A DNA stretch of 64,000 nt from an uncultured Pelagibacteraceae bacterium. GTDB taxonomy: Bacteria; Pseudomonadota; Alphaproteobacteria; Pelagibacterales; Pelagibacteraceae. Position numbers and translations under genes: made by a program. Where the stretch lies: positions 2,664-66,663 of the forward strand of contig CACFYN010000004.1 in NCBI GenBank assembly GCA_902570525.1, read 5' to 3'. Positions 9,985 through 20,173 of the stretch are shown one piece after another; position 1 is the stretch's first letter, and every line of letters begins with the position of its first letter. The notes under the pieces are model-generated. The model did not search any database. It had not been told where the DNA came from and worked only from the letters and a program-made list of their open reading frames with translations.

Positions 9985-11379
9985 ATGTCTCCAAATTTAT
10001 TAGCCGTTTTTTATTTAATTTCAGGTGTTTTATTTATACTTGCATTACGTGGTTTGTCTTCTCCAGAGACATCAAGACAAGGAAATTTTTTTGGTATTGT
10101 AGGAATGGCTATCGCCATTGGAGTAACAGTAATTTCAGCAGGCAACTTTTCTACAGGATTTATTCTATTATTAATTTTGCTAGTTTTAGGTGGTTCAATA
10201 GGAGCGTTTATTGCATTTAAAATACCAATGACAGCAATGCCAGAATTGGTTGCGGGTTTTCACAGTTTAGTAGGCCTTGCAGCTGTATTTGTTGCTATAT
10301 CTGCATTTTTAAATCCTGAGGTTTTTAATTTAGGTACTCCTAATAATATAAAAATTGCAAGTTTGATTGAAATGTCATTAGGAGGAGCGATAGGTGCTAT
10401 AACTTTCACAGGTTCAATAATTGCCTTTTTAAAATTAAGAGGTTTAATGTCTGGATCACCAATAACATTTTTGGGTCAACACTTTATAAATCTTGCACTT
10501 GGATTAATAATTATTGGATTAGTGATTTATCTTTGCAGAACACAAAATGAATATTTATTTTGGTCTATAATCGTTTTATCTTTTCTTGTTGGTGTTTTAT
10601 TAATTATTCCAATAGGTGGTGCTGATATGCCAGTAGTAATTTCTATGCTTAATTCTTACTCTGGTTGGGCGGCCGCAGGTATAGGTTTTACTTTAGAAAA
10701 CACTGCTCTTATAATTACAGGTGCACTAGTTGGATCATCCGGAGCAATTTTATCATATATAATGTGCAAAGGAATGAATAGATCTTTCTTTAATGTTATA
10801 TTGGGTGGTTGGGGTGCAACCGAAAGTTCATCAAAGACAACTTCTAAGGATCAGAAACCAGTAAAAAGTGGTAATGCAGATGACGCTGCATTTTTAATGA
10901 AGAATGCATCATCAGTAATTATTGTACCTGGATATGGTATGGCTGTAGCACAAGCTCAGCACGCTTTGAGAGAGATGGTTGACTCCTTAAAAAAAAGTGG
11001 CGTTAAAGTTTCTTACGCAATACATCCTGTTGCAGGAAGAATGCCTGGACACATGAATGTTTTGTTAGCCGAAGCTAATGTTCCTTATGACGAAGTTTTT
11101 GAGCTTGAAGATATAAATAATGATTTTGCTAATTGTGATGTTGCATATGTAATAGGAGCTAACGATGTTACTAACCCAGTAGCAAAAACTGATCCACAGA
11201 GCCCTATATATGGAATGCCAATATTAGATGTTGAAAAATCGAAGTCTGTATTATTTGTAAAACGAAGTTTATCACCAGGATACGCTGGAATTGACAATGA
11301 TTTATTTTATAGGGAAAATACTCTAATGTTATTTGCTGATGCTAAAAAAATGACAGAGGATATAACTAAAAATCTATAG
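9985..11379 (+). CDS. pntB: NAD(P) transhydrogenase beta subunit
   Basis: '[20 protein letters not shown]', '[18 protein letters not shown]'. Confidence 0.97.
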   Translation: MSPNLLAVFYLISGVLFILALRGLSSPETSRQGNFFGIVGMAIAIGVTVISAGNFSTGFILLLILLVLGGSIGAFIAFKIPMTAMPELVAGFHSLVGLAAVFVAISAFLNPEVFNLGTPNNIKIASLIEMSLGGAIGAITFTGSIIAFLKLRGLMSGSPITFLGQHFINLALGLIIIGLVIYLCRTQNEYLFWSIIVLSFLVGVLLIIPIGGADMPVVISMLNSYSGWAAAGIGFTLENTALIITGALVGSSGAILSYIMCKGMNRSFFNVILGGWGATESSSKTTSKDQKPVKSGNADDAAFLMKNASSVIIVPGYGMAVAQAQHALREMVDSLKKSGVKVSYAIHPVAGRMPGHMNVLLAEANVPYDEVFELEDINNDFANCDVAYVIGANDVTNPVAKTDPQSPIYGMPILDVEKSKSVLFVKRSLSPGYAGIDNDLFYRENTLMLFADAKKMTEDITKNL

Positions 11380-11419
11380 TTTTATACATTAATAATTTTT
11401 TGTTATATTGCAAACAAAG

Positions 11420-12328
11420 ATGCTAGAACAAAAAATAAAAAAACTTTCAGAAAAAATATCAAGTAAAATTCAATTAAATTATAATCTTAAAAACTTAAAC
11501 TGGTTTAATATAGGTGGTAAGGCAAAAGTATTTTTTAAATGTGAAAACTTAAATGACCTCACTCTTTTCTTGAAAGAATTTCGTTCAGAAAAAAATATCT
11601 TAGTATTGGGTGCTGGATCAAATATTTTATTAAGTGATAATTTATATGATGGAGCAGTAATAAAATTAGGAAAAAATTTTTCAAAAATTTCATTATTACC
11701 TAATGATGTAATTGTTGCTGGGGCAGCAGTGACTGATAAAAAACTTTCTGATTTTGCATTAGAAAATGAGATTGGTGGATTTGAATTTTTATCTTGTATA
11801 CCAGGAACTATTGGAGGGGGTTTAAAAATTAATTCTGGATGTTATGGAAGAGAGTTTAAGGATATTTTAGTATCAATACAAGTTATCAATAGGGAGGGAA
11901 ATATAAGAACAATCCCATCTTCTAAAATTAAATTAAGTTATAGAAAGAGTAGTTTAGAAAAAAACTTTATTTTTTTAAGTGCTTCTTTTAAAGGTTATAC
12001 TAGAAAAAAACAAGAAATTGAAAAAGAAGTTAAATTTTTAAAAAAAAAAAAGGAATTTTCTCAACCATCGAAAATTAAAACAGGAGGAAGTACATTTAAA
12101 AATCCTTTAGAGCAAACAGATAAAAAAGTATGGGAACTAATTCAAAGGTCAGTGCCATTAGATATTTCTTTCGGAGATGCTGCGATTTCGAATAAACATT
12201 ATAATTTTTTAGTTAATAAGGGCAATGCAACATTTAAAGATATGAAAGATTTAGTTGAATACATTCAAAAAAACGTCAAGTCTAAAACTGGTGTAAGTTT
12301 AGAACCCGAAATCGAAATTGTTGACTAA
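11420..12328 (+). CDS. murB: UDP-N-acetylmuramate dehydrogenase
   Basis: 'GAGSNIL', 'IPGTIGG', 'GGSTFKNP', 'LEPEI'; ATG at 11420. Confidence 0.93.
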   Translation: MLEQKIKKLSEKISSKIQLNYNLKNLNWFNIGGKAKVFFKCENLNDLTLFLKEFRSEKNILVLGAGSNILLSDNLYDGAVIKLGKNFSKISLLPNDVIVAGAAVTDKKLSDFALENEIGGFEFLSCIPGTIGGGLKINSGCYGREFKDILVSIQVINREGNIRTIPSSKIKLSYRKSSLEKNFIFLSASFKGYTRKKQEIEKEVKFLKKKKEFSQPSKIKTGGSTFKNPLEQTDKKVWELIQRSVPLDISFGDAAISNKHYNFLVNKGNATFKDMKDLVEYIQKNVKSKTGVSLEPEIEIVD

Positions 12329-13243
12329 ATGAAAAAAAAAATTTTGATTTTAGGTGGCGGATTATCAAAAGAGAGAAAAATTAGTCTTAATACAGCAAAA
12401 CAAGTAAAAAAAATTTTAAAAAAAAAATACAAGGTTTTCCAATGTGATTTTGACAAAAATTTTATAAATAATGTAAAAAAATTTCGACCAGATATTATAT
12501 TTAATGCTTTACATGGTAGATTTGGAGAAGATGGATATGTTCAATCAATATTGGAGAGCTTAAAAATAAAATATACTCATTCTGGTGTTCTTTCTTCAGC
12601 ACTTGCGATGGACAAAGTTGCTTCAAAAGAAATTTTCAAGAAAAATAAAATTCATACACCTAAATATTTAAAATATAACTATTATGATACAAACAAAAAA
12701 AATATAAAAAAAAAAATCGAAAAAAAATTAAAATTCCCAGTAGTAATTAAACCTATTAACGAGGGTTCTAGCGTAGATGTTTTTATATGTACAAAAAAAA
12801 ATATAATTAAAAATCTTTTAAAATTAAAAAAATATAAAGAAATACTAATAGAACAATATATTGGGGGAAGGGAAATTCAAGTAGCTATTTTAGGAAAAAA
12901 AAAACTTGGAGCTATAGAGTTAAAACCAAAAAGAAAATTTTATGATTACAATGCGAAATATGATCATCGAGCAAAAACTGAACATTTAATACCAGTTAAA
13001 ATATCACAAAAAAATATGAAAATAGTTTTAAGTACAGCATTTAAAGCACATAAATTACTTAGATGTAGGGGTGTCACAAGATCAGATTTTAAATTTTTCA
13101 AGAATAAATTTTATTTATTAGAATTAAACACGCAACCTGGTATGACTAAACTATCTTTAGTACCAGAAATAGCCGCTAACGTGGGTATTAATTTTATTGA
13201 GTTGATTGAATGGATTTTAAGGGATGCCTCAATTAATAGATAA
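12329..13243 (+). CDS. ddl: D-alanine--D-alanine ligase
   Basis: 'GGLSKERKISL', 'LHGRFGEDG', 'LELNTQPGMT'. Confidence 0.95.
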   Translation: MKKKILILGGGLSKERKISLNTAKQVKKILKKKYKVFQCDFDKNFINNVKKFRPDIIFNALHGRFGEDGYVQSILESLKIKYTHSGVLSSALAMDKVASKEIFKKNKIHTPKYLKYNYYDTNKKNIKKKIEKKLKFPVVIKPINEGSSVDVFICTKKNIIKNLLKLKKYKEILIEQYIGGREIQVAILGKKKLGAIELKPKRKFYDYNAKYDHRAKTEHLIPVKISQKNMKIVLSTAFKAHKLLRCRGVTRSDFKFFKNKFYLLELNTQPGMTKLSLVPEIAANVGINFIELIEWILRDASINR

Positions 13244-13892
13244 AAAAAAAAAAATATATTTTTATATTTTTTTCTTAATACTGTTATCAACCCCATTAAA
13301 TTTAAAATATAACTCATTTATTAAAGAAATTTTTAAAATAAAAAATATAAAAGTTTTTCCAAATGAACTTGTTTTTGAGGAAGTCTACAATTTATTTAAT
13401 CAAAATATTTTTAAATTAAATAATTCAAACCTAAAAAACTTTTTGAACAAATATACTCATTTAAAATCTATTGAAATTAAAAAAATCTATCCTGATACCC
13501 TAGAAGTTTTAATTACGAAATCATCGCCAATTGCAATAATAGATAATCAAATAACTTTTACTTATCTTGGTGACAACGGAAAAGTGTTTAAAGATAATAG
13601 AGAATACAATTCTATACCAATTCTCAAAGGAGAATTAGATATAGCCGATGCGATTGTGGTTTTAAATCTTTTGGATAAATCCTTATATAAGCTAGAAGAT
13701 ATAAAGGAGATAATTTTTTTCCCTACTAAACGTATTAATATTATTTTAAATGATAATAAAATATTAAAATTTCCAGTATATATAGATTTAAAATATATAA
13801 ATAAAACATATGATTTTTTGCAATCAATAAAAACAGAAAAACAGGTTATTGACTTTAGAATTTTAGGAAAAATTATTTTAAAAAATGAGTAA
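13224..13892 (+). CDS. ftsQ: Divergent cell division protein FtsQ/DivIB
   Basis: N-terminal TM helix, POTRA-like 'IKKIYPDTLEV', C-terminal 'IDFRI'; follows ddl. Confidence 0.7.
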   Translation: MPQLIDKKKKIYFYIFFLILLSTPLNLKYNSFIKEIFKIKNIKVFPNELVFEEVYNLFNQNIFKLNNSNLKNFLNKYTHLKSIEIKKIYPDTLEVLITKSSPIAIIDNQITFTYLGDNGKVFKDNREYNSIPILKGELDIADAIVVLNLLDKSLYKLEDIKEIIFFPTKRINIILNDNKILKFPVYIDLKYINKTYDFLQSIKTEKQVIDFRILGKIILKNE

Positions 13893-14592
13893 ATTTGAAA
13901 TTTTTTTTAATATAGATATAAAAAACTTTAAACTAAATGTCTTTATTATTGATACAAATAGTGAAGATATTTTGTTAACAAAAGATTTTAAATTTGACAA
14001 ATATCAATATTCAAATTTTTTAATAATTGATAAAATAAATAATATTTTAAAAAAACTTATACTTGAAATTGAAAAACATTTAGATGCATCAGTTAGTAAA
14101 ATTAATTTGATGGTTGAGCAAGAAAATTCCTACAATATAGATTTATCGATAAAAAAAAATTTTGAAAATAAAATTATTGATAAAAAAAATATAGAATATC
14201 TAATTCAAGATTTAAGACAGCAGTTATTAACCAACAATCCAGATAAAAAATTTATTCATATTTTAGTAAAAAAATGCATTGTTGATTCAGAAGAGTACAA
14301 CGTTATTCCAATCGGAAATAAATGTAAAAACTTTATAATTGATTTAAGTTTTATACACATACCAAAAAAATTATTAAATGAATTGGAGAGACTTTTTAGT
14401 GAACATCAAATGTTTATAAATAAAGTTATCTGTACAAATTATGCAAAGACATTAATTGTTACTGAGTTTGATAATCTTTCTAAAGCTGGTTTAAACATTA
14501 TAAAAGGATCAAACCTTAATGAAATTGGTGTTATTCCCAAAAAAATAAAGAAAATAGGCTTTTTTGAAAAGCTTTTTCACATTTTCTCGTAA
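13885..14592 (+). CDS. Truncated, divergent FtsA-like protein
   Basis: Occupies the ftsA position; SHS2/1C-like segment 'FIHILVKKCIVD...PIG'; C-terminal amphipathic 'GFFEKLFHIFS'; only 235 aa. Confidence 0.5.
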   Translation: MSKFEIFFNIDIKNFKLNVFIIDTNSEDILLTKDFKFDKYQYSNFLIIDKINNILKKLILEIEKHLDASVSKINLMVEQENSYNIDLSIKKNFENKIIDKKNIEYLIQDLRQQLLTNNPDKKFIHILVKKCIVDSEEYNVIPIGNKCKNFIIDLSFIHIPKKLLNELERLFSEHQMFINKVICTNYAKTLIVTEFDNLSKAGLNIIKGSNLNEIGVIPKKIKKIGFFEKLFHIFS

Positions 14593-14654
14593 TTGAATTT
14601 TATCGTAATATTTGTTGTTTTTTAAGGTGGTGACTTCTCAATTATAAGATCCCC

Positions 14655-15575
14655 ATGGCGTTATTAACTCAAAAAACAATAAACAAAATATTAATATTTG
14701 AAGGTGTAACATTACATAAAGGTAAGATCGCAAAAATGAAAATTTTGCCTTCCGCACCAAATACCGGCATAAACTTTAAAAGGGTTGATTTAAAGGAAAA
14801 TAATATTATTCCAGCAAATTTTTATAATGTAAAAAATGCAACGTTGTGTACTACCCTAATCAATGAAGTAGGGGTCTGTGTATCTACAGTAGAACATTTG
14901 ATGGCTGCGTTCTACGGGTTGGGCGTTGACAATGCAGTTGTTGAAATTGATCAAGATGAGGTCCCGATCATGGATGGATCTTCTAAAAACTTTGTTGAAT
15001 CAATTGAAGCTGTGGGTCTTAAACAAAGCGATGCACCAATAAAATTAATTAAGATTTTAAATAAAGTAACAGTCAATGATGGTAATAAATTTATTTCTAT
15101 AGAGCCTTCAAAAACATCATTAGAAATAGATTTTGAAATTAAATTTAATAATGAATTAATTGGTACTCAAAGAAATTATGTAAGTGTTTATGAAGACGAT
15201 TTAAAAGATATATTGAGTTCAAGAACTTTTTGCTTGTACGAAGATATCGAAAAATTAAAAAAAATGAATCTTGCTAAAGGTGGATCGTTGGACAATGCAA
15301 TAGTTGTTAAAGACACAGAAATTTTAAACAATGAAAAATTGAGAAATAAAAAAGAATTTGTGAATCATAAAATCTTGGATTGCATCGGGGATTTATATTT
15401 ATCGGGCTACAAAATAATTGGAAAGGTCACTTCTTCACAAGGAGGTCATAAATTAACAAATGAGGTTATAAGAAAAGTTTTTAGCGATAATAAAAATTTT
15501 ACCATTTTTGAGCTAAAAGAAAAGACTATCCCACATTCATATATTAATAGAAAAGCATTAAAATCCATAGCTTAA
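14655..15575 (+). CDS. lpxC: UDP-3-O-acyl-N-acetylglucosamine deacetylase
   Basis: 'TVEHLMAA', 'EVPIMDGSS', 'HKILDCIGDL'. Confidence 0.96.
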   Translation: MALLTQKTINKILIFEGVTLHKGKIAKMKILPSAPNTGINFKRVDLKENNIIPANFYNVKNATLCTTLINEVGVCVSTVEHLMAAFYGLGVDNAVVEIDQDEVPIMDGSSKNFVESIEAVGLKQSDAPIKLIKILNKVTVNDGNKFISIEPSKTSLEIDFEIKFNNELIGTQRNYVSVYEDDLKDILSSRTFCLYEDIEKLKKMNLAKGGSLDNAIVVKDTEILNNEKLRNKKEFVNHKILDCIGDLYLSGYKIIGKVTSSQGGHKLTNEVIRKVFSDNKNFTIFELKEKTIPHSYINRKALKSIA

Positions 15576-15616
15576 ATTAAATTTAAGTTTTTCAATTTAT
15601 CTGTTAAAAAAAGTAA

Positions 15617-16450
15617 ATGAAAGTTCCATTTAAAATTTTGTTTTTTTTAATTTTTATTTTTATAATTGCTTGTTCTTCAAAAAACGAAAAGATTTCAATT
15701 TTAGAAGATGAAAATCTTGAATTGCAAATGATAGACGCCTACAAGGAAGGATATGATGAGCTTGAAAAAGGAGATGTAATTTATGCTGCAAAAAAATTTA
15801 ATGAGGCAGAGTTATTATATCCACAATCAGAGTGGGCACCTAAATCAGTTTTACTATCAGCCTACGCTTATTATTCCCAAAATTATTATGATGAAGCATT
15901 AGGGGAATTGGATAGGTTTTTTAAAAAATATCCAAAACATAAAAATATAGATTATGCACATTTTTTATATGCAATGTGTTATTATGAAAATATCATAGAT
16001 GAAAAAAAAGACTTAGAACCTCTTATTTTATCTAAAAAAAGATTCGAATTTATTCTAAAAAATTATCCAGATACTGATTTTGCACTTGATTCACAGTACA
16101 AAATAAATCTTATAAACGATGTATTAGCATCTAAGGAAATGTATTTGGGAAAATATTATATTAAAAAAAAAAAATGGGCTGCTGCTATAAATAGATTTAA
16201 AAATGTTTTAAAGAACTATGAAACTACAATCTATGTTGAAGAAGCTTTACATAGACTTGTAGAAACAAATTATAAAATCGGGCTGATTGAAGAGTCTGCA
16301 AAATATGCAAATTTATTAGGTTATAACTATCAATCAAGTGAGTGGTATGAACAATCTTATAAGATATTCAATAAAGAATACATTTCTTCATTTGAAATTA
16401 AAAAAGATAAAAAATCTGTATTTCAAAGGTTTAAAAGATTACTTAAATGA
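15617..16450 (+). CDS. bamD: Outer-membrane assembly lipoprotein BamD
   Basis: Lipobox IIAC, TPR repeats, 'AAINRF', 'EEALHRLVE'; follows lpxC. Confidence 0.92.
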   Translation: MKVPFKILFFLIFIFIIACSSKNEKISILEDENLELQMIDAYKEGYDELEKGDVIYAAKKFNEAELLYPQSEWAPKSVLLSAYAYYSQNYYDEALGELDRFFKKYPKHKNIDYAHFLYAMCYYENIIDEKKDLEPLILSKKRFEFILKNYPDTDFALDSQYKINLINDVLASKEMYLGKYYIKKKKWAAAINRFKNVLKNYETTIYVEEALHRLVETNYKIGLIEESAKYANLLGYNYQSSEWYEQSYKIFNKEYISSFEIKKDKKSVFQRFKRLLK

Positions 16451-18489
16451 AGTCTAGAAATCTTAAAGATTTAAAAAAAAAATACCTAAAAAAAGTTAAA
16501 TTAATTAAAAAATATAATGAGGCATATTATGATCTTAGTAAACCAATAGTTGATGATGCCACATACGATAATATAAAAAAAGAAATAAAAGAAATAGAGG
16601 AAAAATATCCTACTGAAATAAATAATGAATTTTTATCTAGTGATGTAGGATTTAAACCTTCAAAAAATTTTAATAAAGTGAAGCACAAGGTACCTATGTT
16701 ATCTTTGAATAATGCTTTTAATAGAGATGATTTGGAAAACTTTGAGAAAAAAATTTCTAATTTTCTTAGTTTAAAAAATAAGAGTGACCTTGAGTATAGT
16801 ACTGAGCCGAAAATAGATGGAATTTCAGCATCTTTATTTTACAAAAATAGTAAATTTATTCAGGGCCTTTCAAGAGGTGATGGTGTAGAGGGTGAGGATA
16901 TAACTGAAAATTTAAAAACAATTAATGATATTCCTAAAATTTTAAAAGGTAAAAATATACCGGATGAAATTGATATCAGAGGCGAAGTTTTTATTAAAAA
17001 CAAAGACTTTGAGAGGTTAAGTGATAAGTTTGCGAATCCTAGAAATGCAGCCTCAGGCTCTCTAAGACAGAAAGATCCAAAAAAAACAAAAGAGATTCCA
17101 CTAAATTTTATTGCATACACTTTCGGTCATTCTAAAAATCTGAATGTTACAAGTCAGTTTGAATTTCTAAAAAATCTAAAAAATTGGGGCTTTAAAGTGA
17201 ATAAATTTAATAAATTAATAAGAGGCGTCGATAATTTAGTAGAAAATCATTTTAAACTAGAACAGATAAGAAAGGAAATTGAATTTGATATTGATGGTGT
17301 TGTTTACAAAATAAACGATTTTATTCTTCAAAAGAGATTAGGTTTCGTTGCGAATGCGCCTAGATGGGCAATCGCACATAAATTTTCATCAAACAAATCA
17401 ATATCCGAAATATTAAAAATTGATATTCAGGTAGGTAGAACTGGGGCTATGACACCTGTAGCAAAAATTAAACCAGTAAATATTGGAGGTGTTTTAGTAT
17501 CAAATGCCACCTTACATAACGAGGATGAAATTCAGAGAAAAGATATCAGGATAGGTGATACTGTCACTGTAGAAAGGGCAGGAGACGTAATACCTAGAGT
17601 AATCTCAGTAGACCTTAAAAAAAGAAATAAAAATTCAAAAAAATTCAACTTTCCAAAAAATTGTCCGTCATGTGGATCATCAACTGTAAAAGAATTTAAT
17701 CAAATTACTAAAAGATACGATGCAGTAAGAAGATGTATTAATGATGGGTATGCTTGTGAAAAAATGGCTATAGAAAAAATTAAACATTTTGTTTCCAAAG
17801 AGGCATTAAACATCGATGGATTAGGAAAAAAAATTGTTGAAAACTTTTGGGACTTGAAATTAATTAGATATCCTCATGATATATTTAATTTAAATTATGA
17901 CAAGATTTCCCAATTAGATGGATGGGGAAAATTATCTGTAGCAAATCTAAAATATTCTATTGATAAAAAGAGAAAAATTTCTCTTAGTAAATTTATTTAT
18001 TCAATTGGTATAAGACACATTGGTCAAGAGAATGCTAAATTATTATCCAAAACACTAAAAAAAATAGAAAATTTTTTAAATCTTGGAAAAAGTACTCGAT
18101 TTATTGAACTATCTAATATTGATGGAATCGGGGATACTCAAATAAAATCTATACAAAAGTTTTTCTCTAATAATAAAAACTTAGTTGTGTTAAATGAGCT
18201 ACAAAAAAATTTAAGTATAATCCCAGAACCAGAAATATCAAAAAGTGGAATTTTAAAAGAAAAAACCTTTATGTTTACAGGAAAACTAATTGGCATAAGT
18301 AGAGCGGAAGCGAAGTCTTTAGTTGAAAAAAATTCTGGAAAAATAGTAAGCAATGTAAGTAAAAAACTAGATTTTTTAATTGTTGGCGATAAACCAACAA
18401 ATAGGAAAATTAAAGATGCAGAAAGCTTAAATATAAAAGTAATTTCACAACATGAATTTATAAAAATGCTAGATATTAAAGATTCTTAA
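16447..18489 (+). CDS. ligA: NAD-dependent DNA ligase
   Basis: 'EPKIDG', 'ANPRNAASGSLRQ', Zn finger CPSC, C-terminal BRCT. Confidence 0.97.
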   Translation: MKSRNLKDLKKKYLKKVKLIKKYNEAYYDLSKPIVDDATYDNIKKEIKEIEEKYPTEINNEFLSSDVGFKPSKNFNKVKHKVPMLSLNNAFNRDDLENFEKKISNFLSLKNKSDLEYSTEPKIDGISASLFYKNSKFIQGLSRGDGVEGEDITENLKTINDIPKILKGKNIPDEIDIRGEVFIKNKDFERLSDKFANPRNAASGSLRQKDPKKTKEIPLNFIAYTFGHSKNLNVTSQFEFLKNLKNWGFKVNKFNKLIRGVDNLVENHFKLEQIRKEIEFDIDGVVYKINDFILQKRLGFVANAPRWAIAHKFSSNKSISEILKIDIQVGRTGAMTPVAKIKPVNIGGVLVSNATLHNEDEIQRKDIRIGDTVTVERAGDVIPRVISVDLKKRNKNSKKFNFPKNCPSCGSSTVKEFNQITKRYDAVRRCINDGYACEKMAIEKIKHFVSKEALNIDGLGKKIVENFWDLKLIRYPHDIFNLNYDKISQLDGWGKLSVANLKYSIDKKRKISLSKFIYSIGIRHIGQENAKLLSKTLKKIENFLNLGKSTRFIELSNIDGIGDTQIKSIQKFFSNNKNLVVLNELQKNLSIIPEPEISKSGILKEKTFMFTGKLIGISRAEAKSLVEKNSGKIVSNVSKKLDFLIVGDKPTNRKIKDAESLNIKVISQHEFIKMLDIKDS

Positions 18490-20173
18490 CCAACCATTTT
18501 TTTTCATTTTCATTCAAAAATTTAGAAATTTTAGAATAAATTAATAGATGATAGTTAAATAGATAATCCTTTTCTTTTTGATTTAGTAATTTGTAGTTAA
18601 TTAGATCTTTATCTATTGGAGCCAAAGTTAAGTTTTCAAAAAATAACTTATTATTTAATCTTTTAACATAAACTAAGTTCTCAATTCTGATGCCAAATTT
18701 ACCTTCTTTATAATACCCTGGTTCATTACTCAAAATCATACCTTCTTCAAACTTAACTCGATTAAACTTTGAAATTGACTGTGGCCCCTCATGAACATTT
18801 AAAAAATAGCCAACTCCATGGCCGGTGCCATGCCCATAATCAAGATTTGATTTTTTAAGAAACTTTCTCGCTTGTATATCTAATTTTCTACCTGTGTTTT
18901 GTATTGCTAAATTACTAGTCGCTACAGCAATGTGTCCTTTTAAGATTAAAGTGAATATATTCTTTATTTTTTTTGGTTGTTTGTCAAAACAGAGTGTTCT
19001 TGTAACATCTGTTGTGCCGTATTTATATTGTCCCCCTGAGTCACAAAGAAATAGATCTTTTTTTTTGATAACTTTATTTGTTTTTTTTGTAGCGCGATAA
19101 TGAACGATTGCACCATTTGATCCCGTTCCTGCAATTGTATTAAAACTTGGATATAAATAATTATTATTTTTTTTTCTAAAATACTCTAATTTTTTCTCCG
19201 CTTCCATTTCCGTTAATTTTATATTTTTTAAATTTTTTATCCAAATTATAAACTTTGTTAAAGCAACCCCATCCGAAATATGGCTTTGCATCATATTTTT
19301 TATTTCAACTGGGTTTTTTTTTGATTTCAAAATATAGCAAGGATCATTTCTATCAATTATCAAAAATTTTGATTTAATTAAATCCTCATTAAAAACAGAC
19401 AATGTTTTGTTATCAACAATAAATTTTTTACCGTTTAAGTCATTTATTAAATGTTTAAATTTATCCTTATTAATAAATTGTTTAATTGATATCTTCTTTT
19501 CTTTAATTAAACTTTTAATTTTATACTTATCAGTTATTAAATACATTTTTTTAGTTTTACTTAATATAAGATTACAATTTGGCAGAGGTGAAAAAGGGGT
19601 ATCCGATCCCCTGATATTTAATAACCAAGCTACATTTTCAGGCGCACTTATAAATAAGAAATCTGCCTTCTTATTTTTTAAGTAATTAGATATTAATTTA
19701 ATCTTTTTTTTATGATTTATTCCTGCTGCGGAATGTGGAATTGAATAAAAAGGTTTGTCTTTTACTTTGTTTATTTTAAAAATTTGGTCAACTAAATTGT
19801 TCTTTAAAGGTTTTAAATCTATTTTTTTACCAAAAAAATATTCTAATTGATAATAAGTGAACAGTTTAGGATCAAATCCTAAAATAATATTTTTAAAATA
19901 ATTTTTTGGTGACTTTTCGTGAATATTTAAAATTTTAAAATTATCACCTGATTCAATTTTTGCCTGAATTGAGTATCTACTATCAACAAATAAATAATTA
20001 TCTTTTTTTAAAATAACCGCTATTCCAGCTGAACCACTAAAACCTGAGACAAGCTTTAATCTATCGTATTTCACTTGCTCAGTAAAAAAAGAGTCGTTTT
20101 TTGGAATAATATATCCATCTAATTTATAAATTTTCATTAATAAATGAAGTTTTTTAAAATTTTCTTTTCTCAT
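18476..20173 (-). CDS. Xaa-Pro aminopeptidase (M24B, aminopeptidase P family)
   Basis: 'DSGGQYKYGTTDVTRT', 'HGTGHGVG..LNVHEGP', 'SNEPGYY', 'GIRIEN'. Confidence 0.93.
   Translation of the reverse strand: MRKENFKKLHLLMKIYKLDGYIIPKNDSFFTEQVKYDRLKLVSGFSGSAGIAVILKKDNYLFVDSRYSIQAKIESGDNFKILNIHEKSPKNYFKNIILGFDPKLFTYYQLEYFFGKKIDLKPLKNNLVDQIFKINKVKDKPFYSIPHSAAGINHKKKIKLISNYLKNKKADFLFISAPENVAWLLNIRGSDTPFSPLPNCNLILSKTKKMYLITDKYKIKSLIKEKKISIKQFINKDKFKHLINDLNGKKFIVDNKTLSVFNEDLIKSKFLIIDRNDPCYILKSKKNPVEIKNMMQSHISDGVALTKFIIWIKNLKNIKLTEMEAEKKLEYFRKKNNNYLYPSFNTIAGTGSNGAIVHYRATKKTNKVIKKKDLFLCDSGGQYKYGTTDVTRTLCFDKQPKKIKNIFTLILKGHIAVATSNLAIQNTGRKLDIQARKFLKKSNLDYGHGTGHGVGYFLNVHEGPQSISKFNRVKFEEGMILSNEPGYYKEGKFGIRIENLVYVKRLNNKLFFENLTLAPIDKDLINYKLLNQKEKDYLFNYHLLIYSKISKFLNENEKKWLVKNL

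Noticed and set aside
12040-13254. Long poly-A runs in murB (12 A) and ftsQ (13 A) as phase-variation tracts
   Set aside because: They encode in-frame Lys runs in essential genes, and such runs are common throughout this AT-rich window.
15572-15586. TTAA-N7-TTAA (CtrA-box-like) upstream of bamD
   Set aside because: An all-AT motif expected often by chance here; no supporting evidence.
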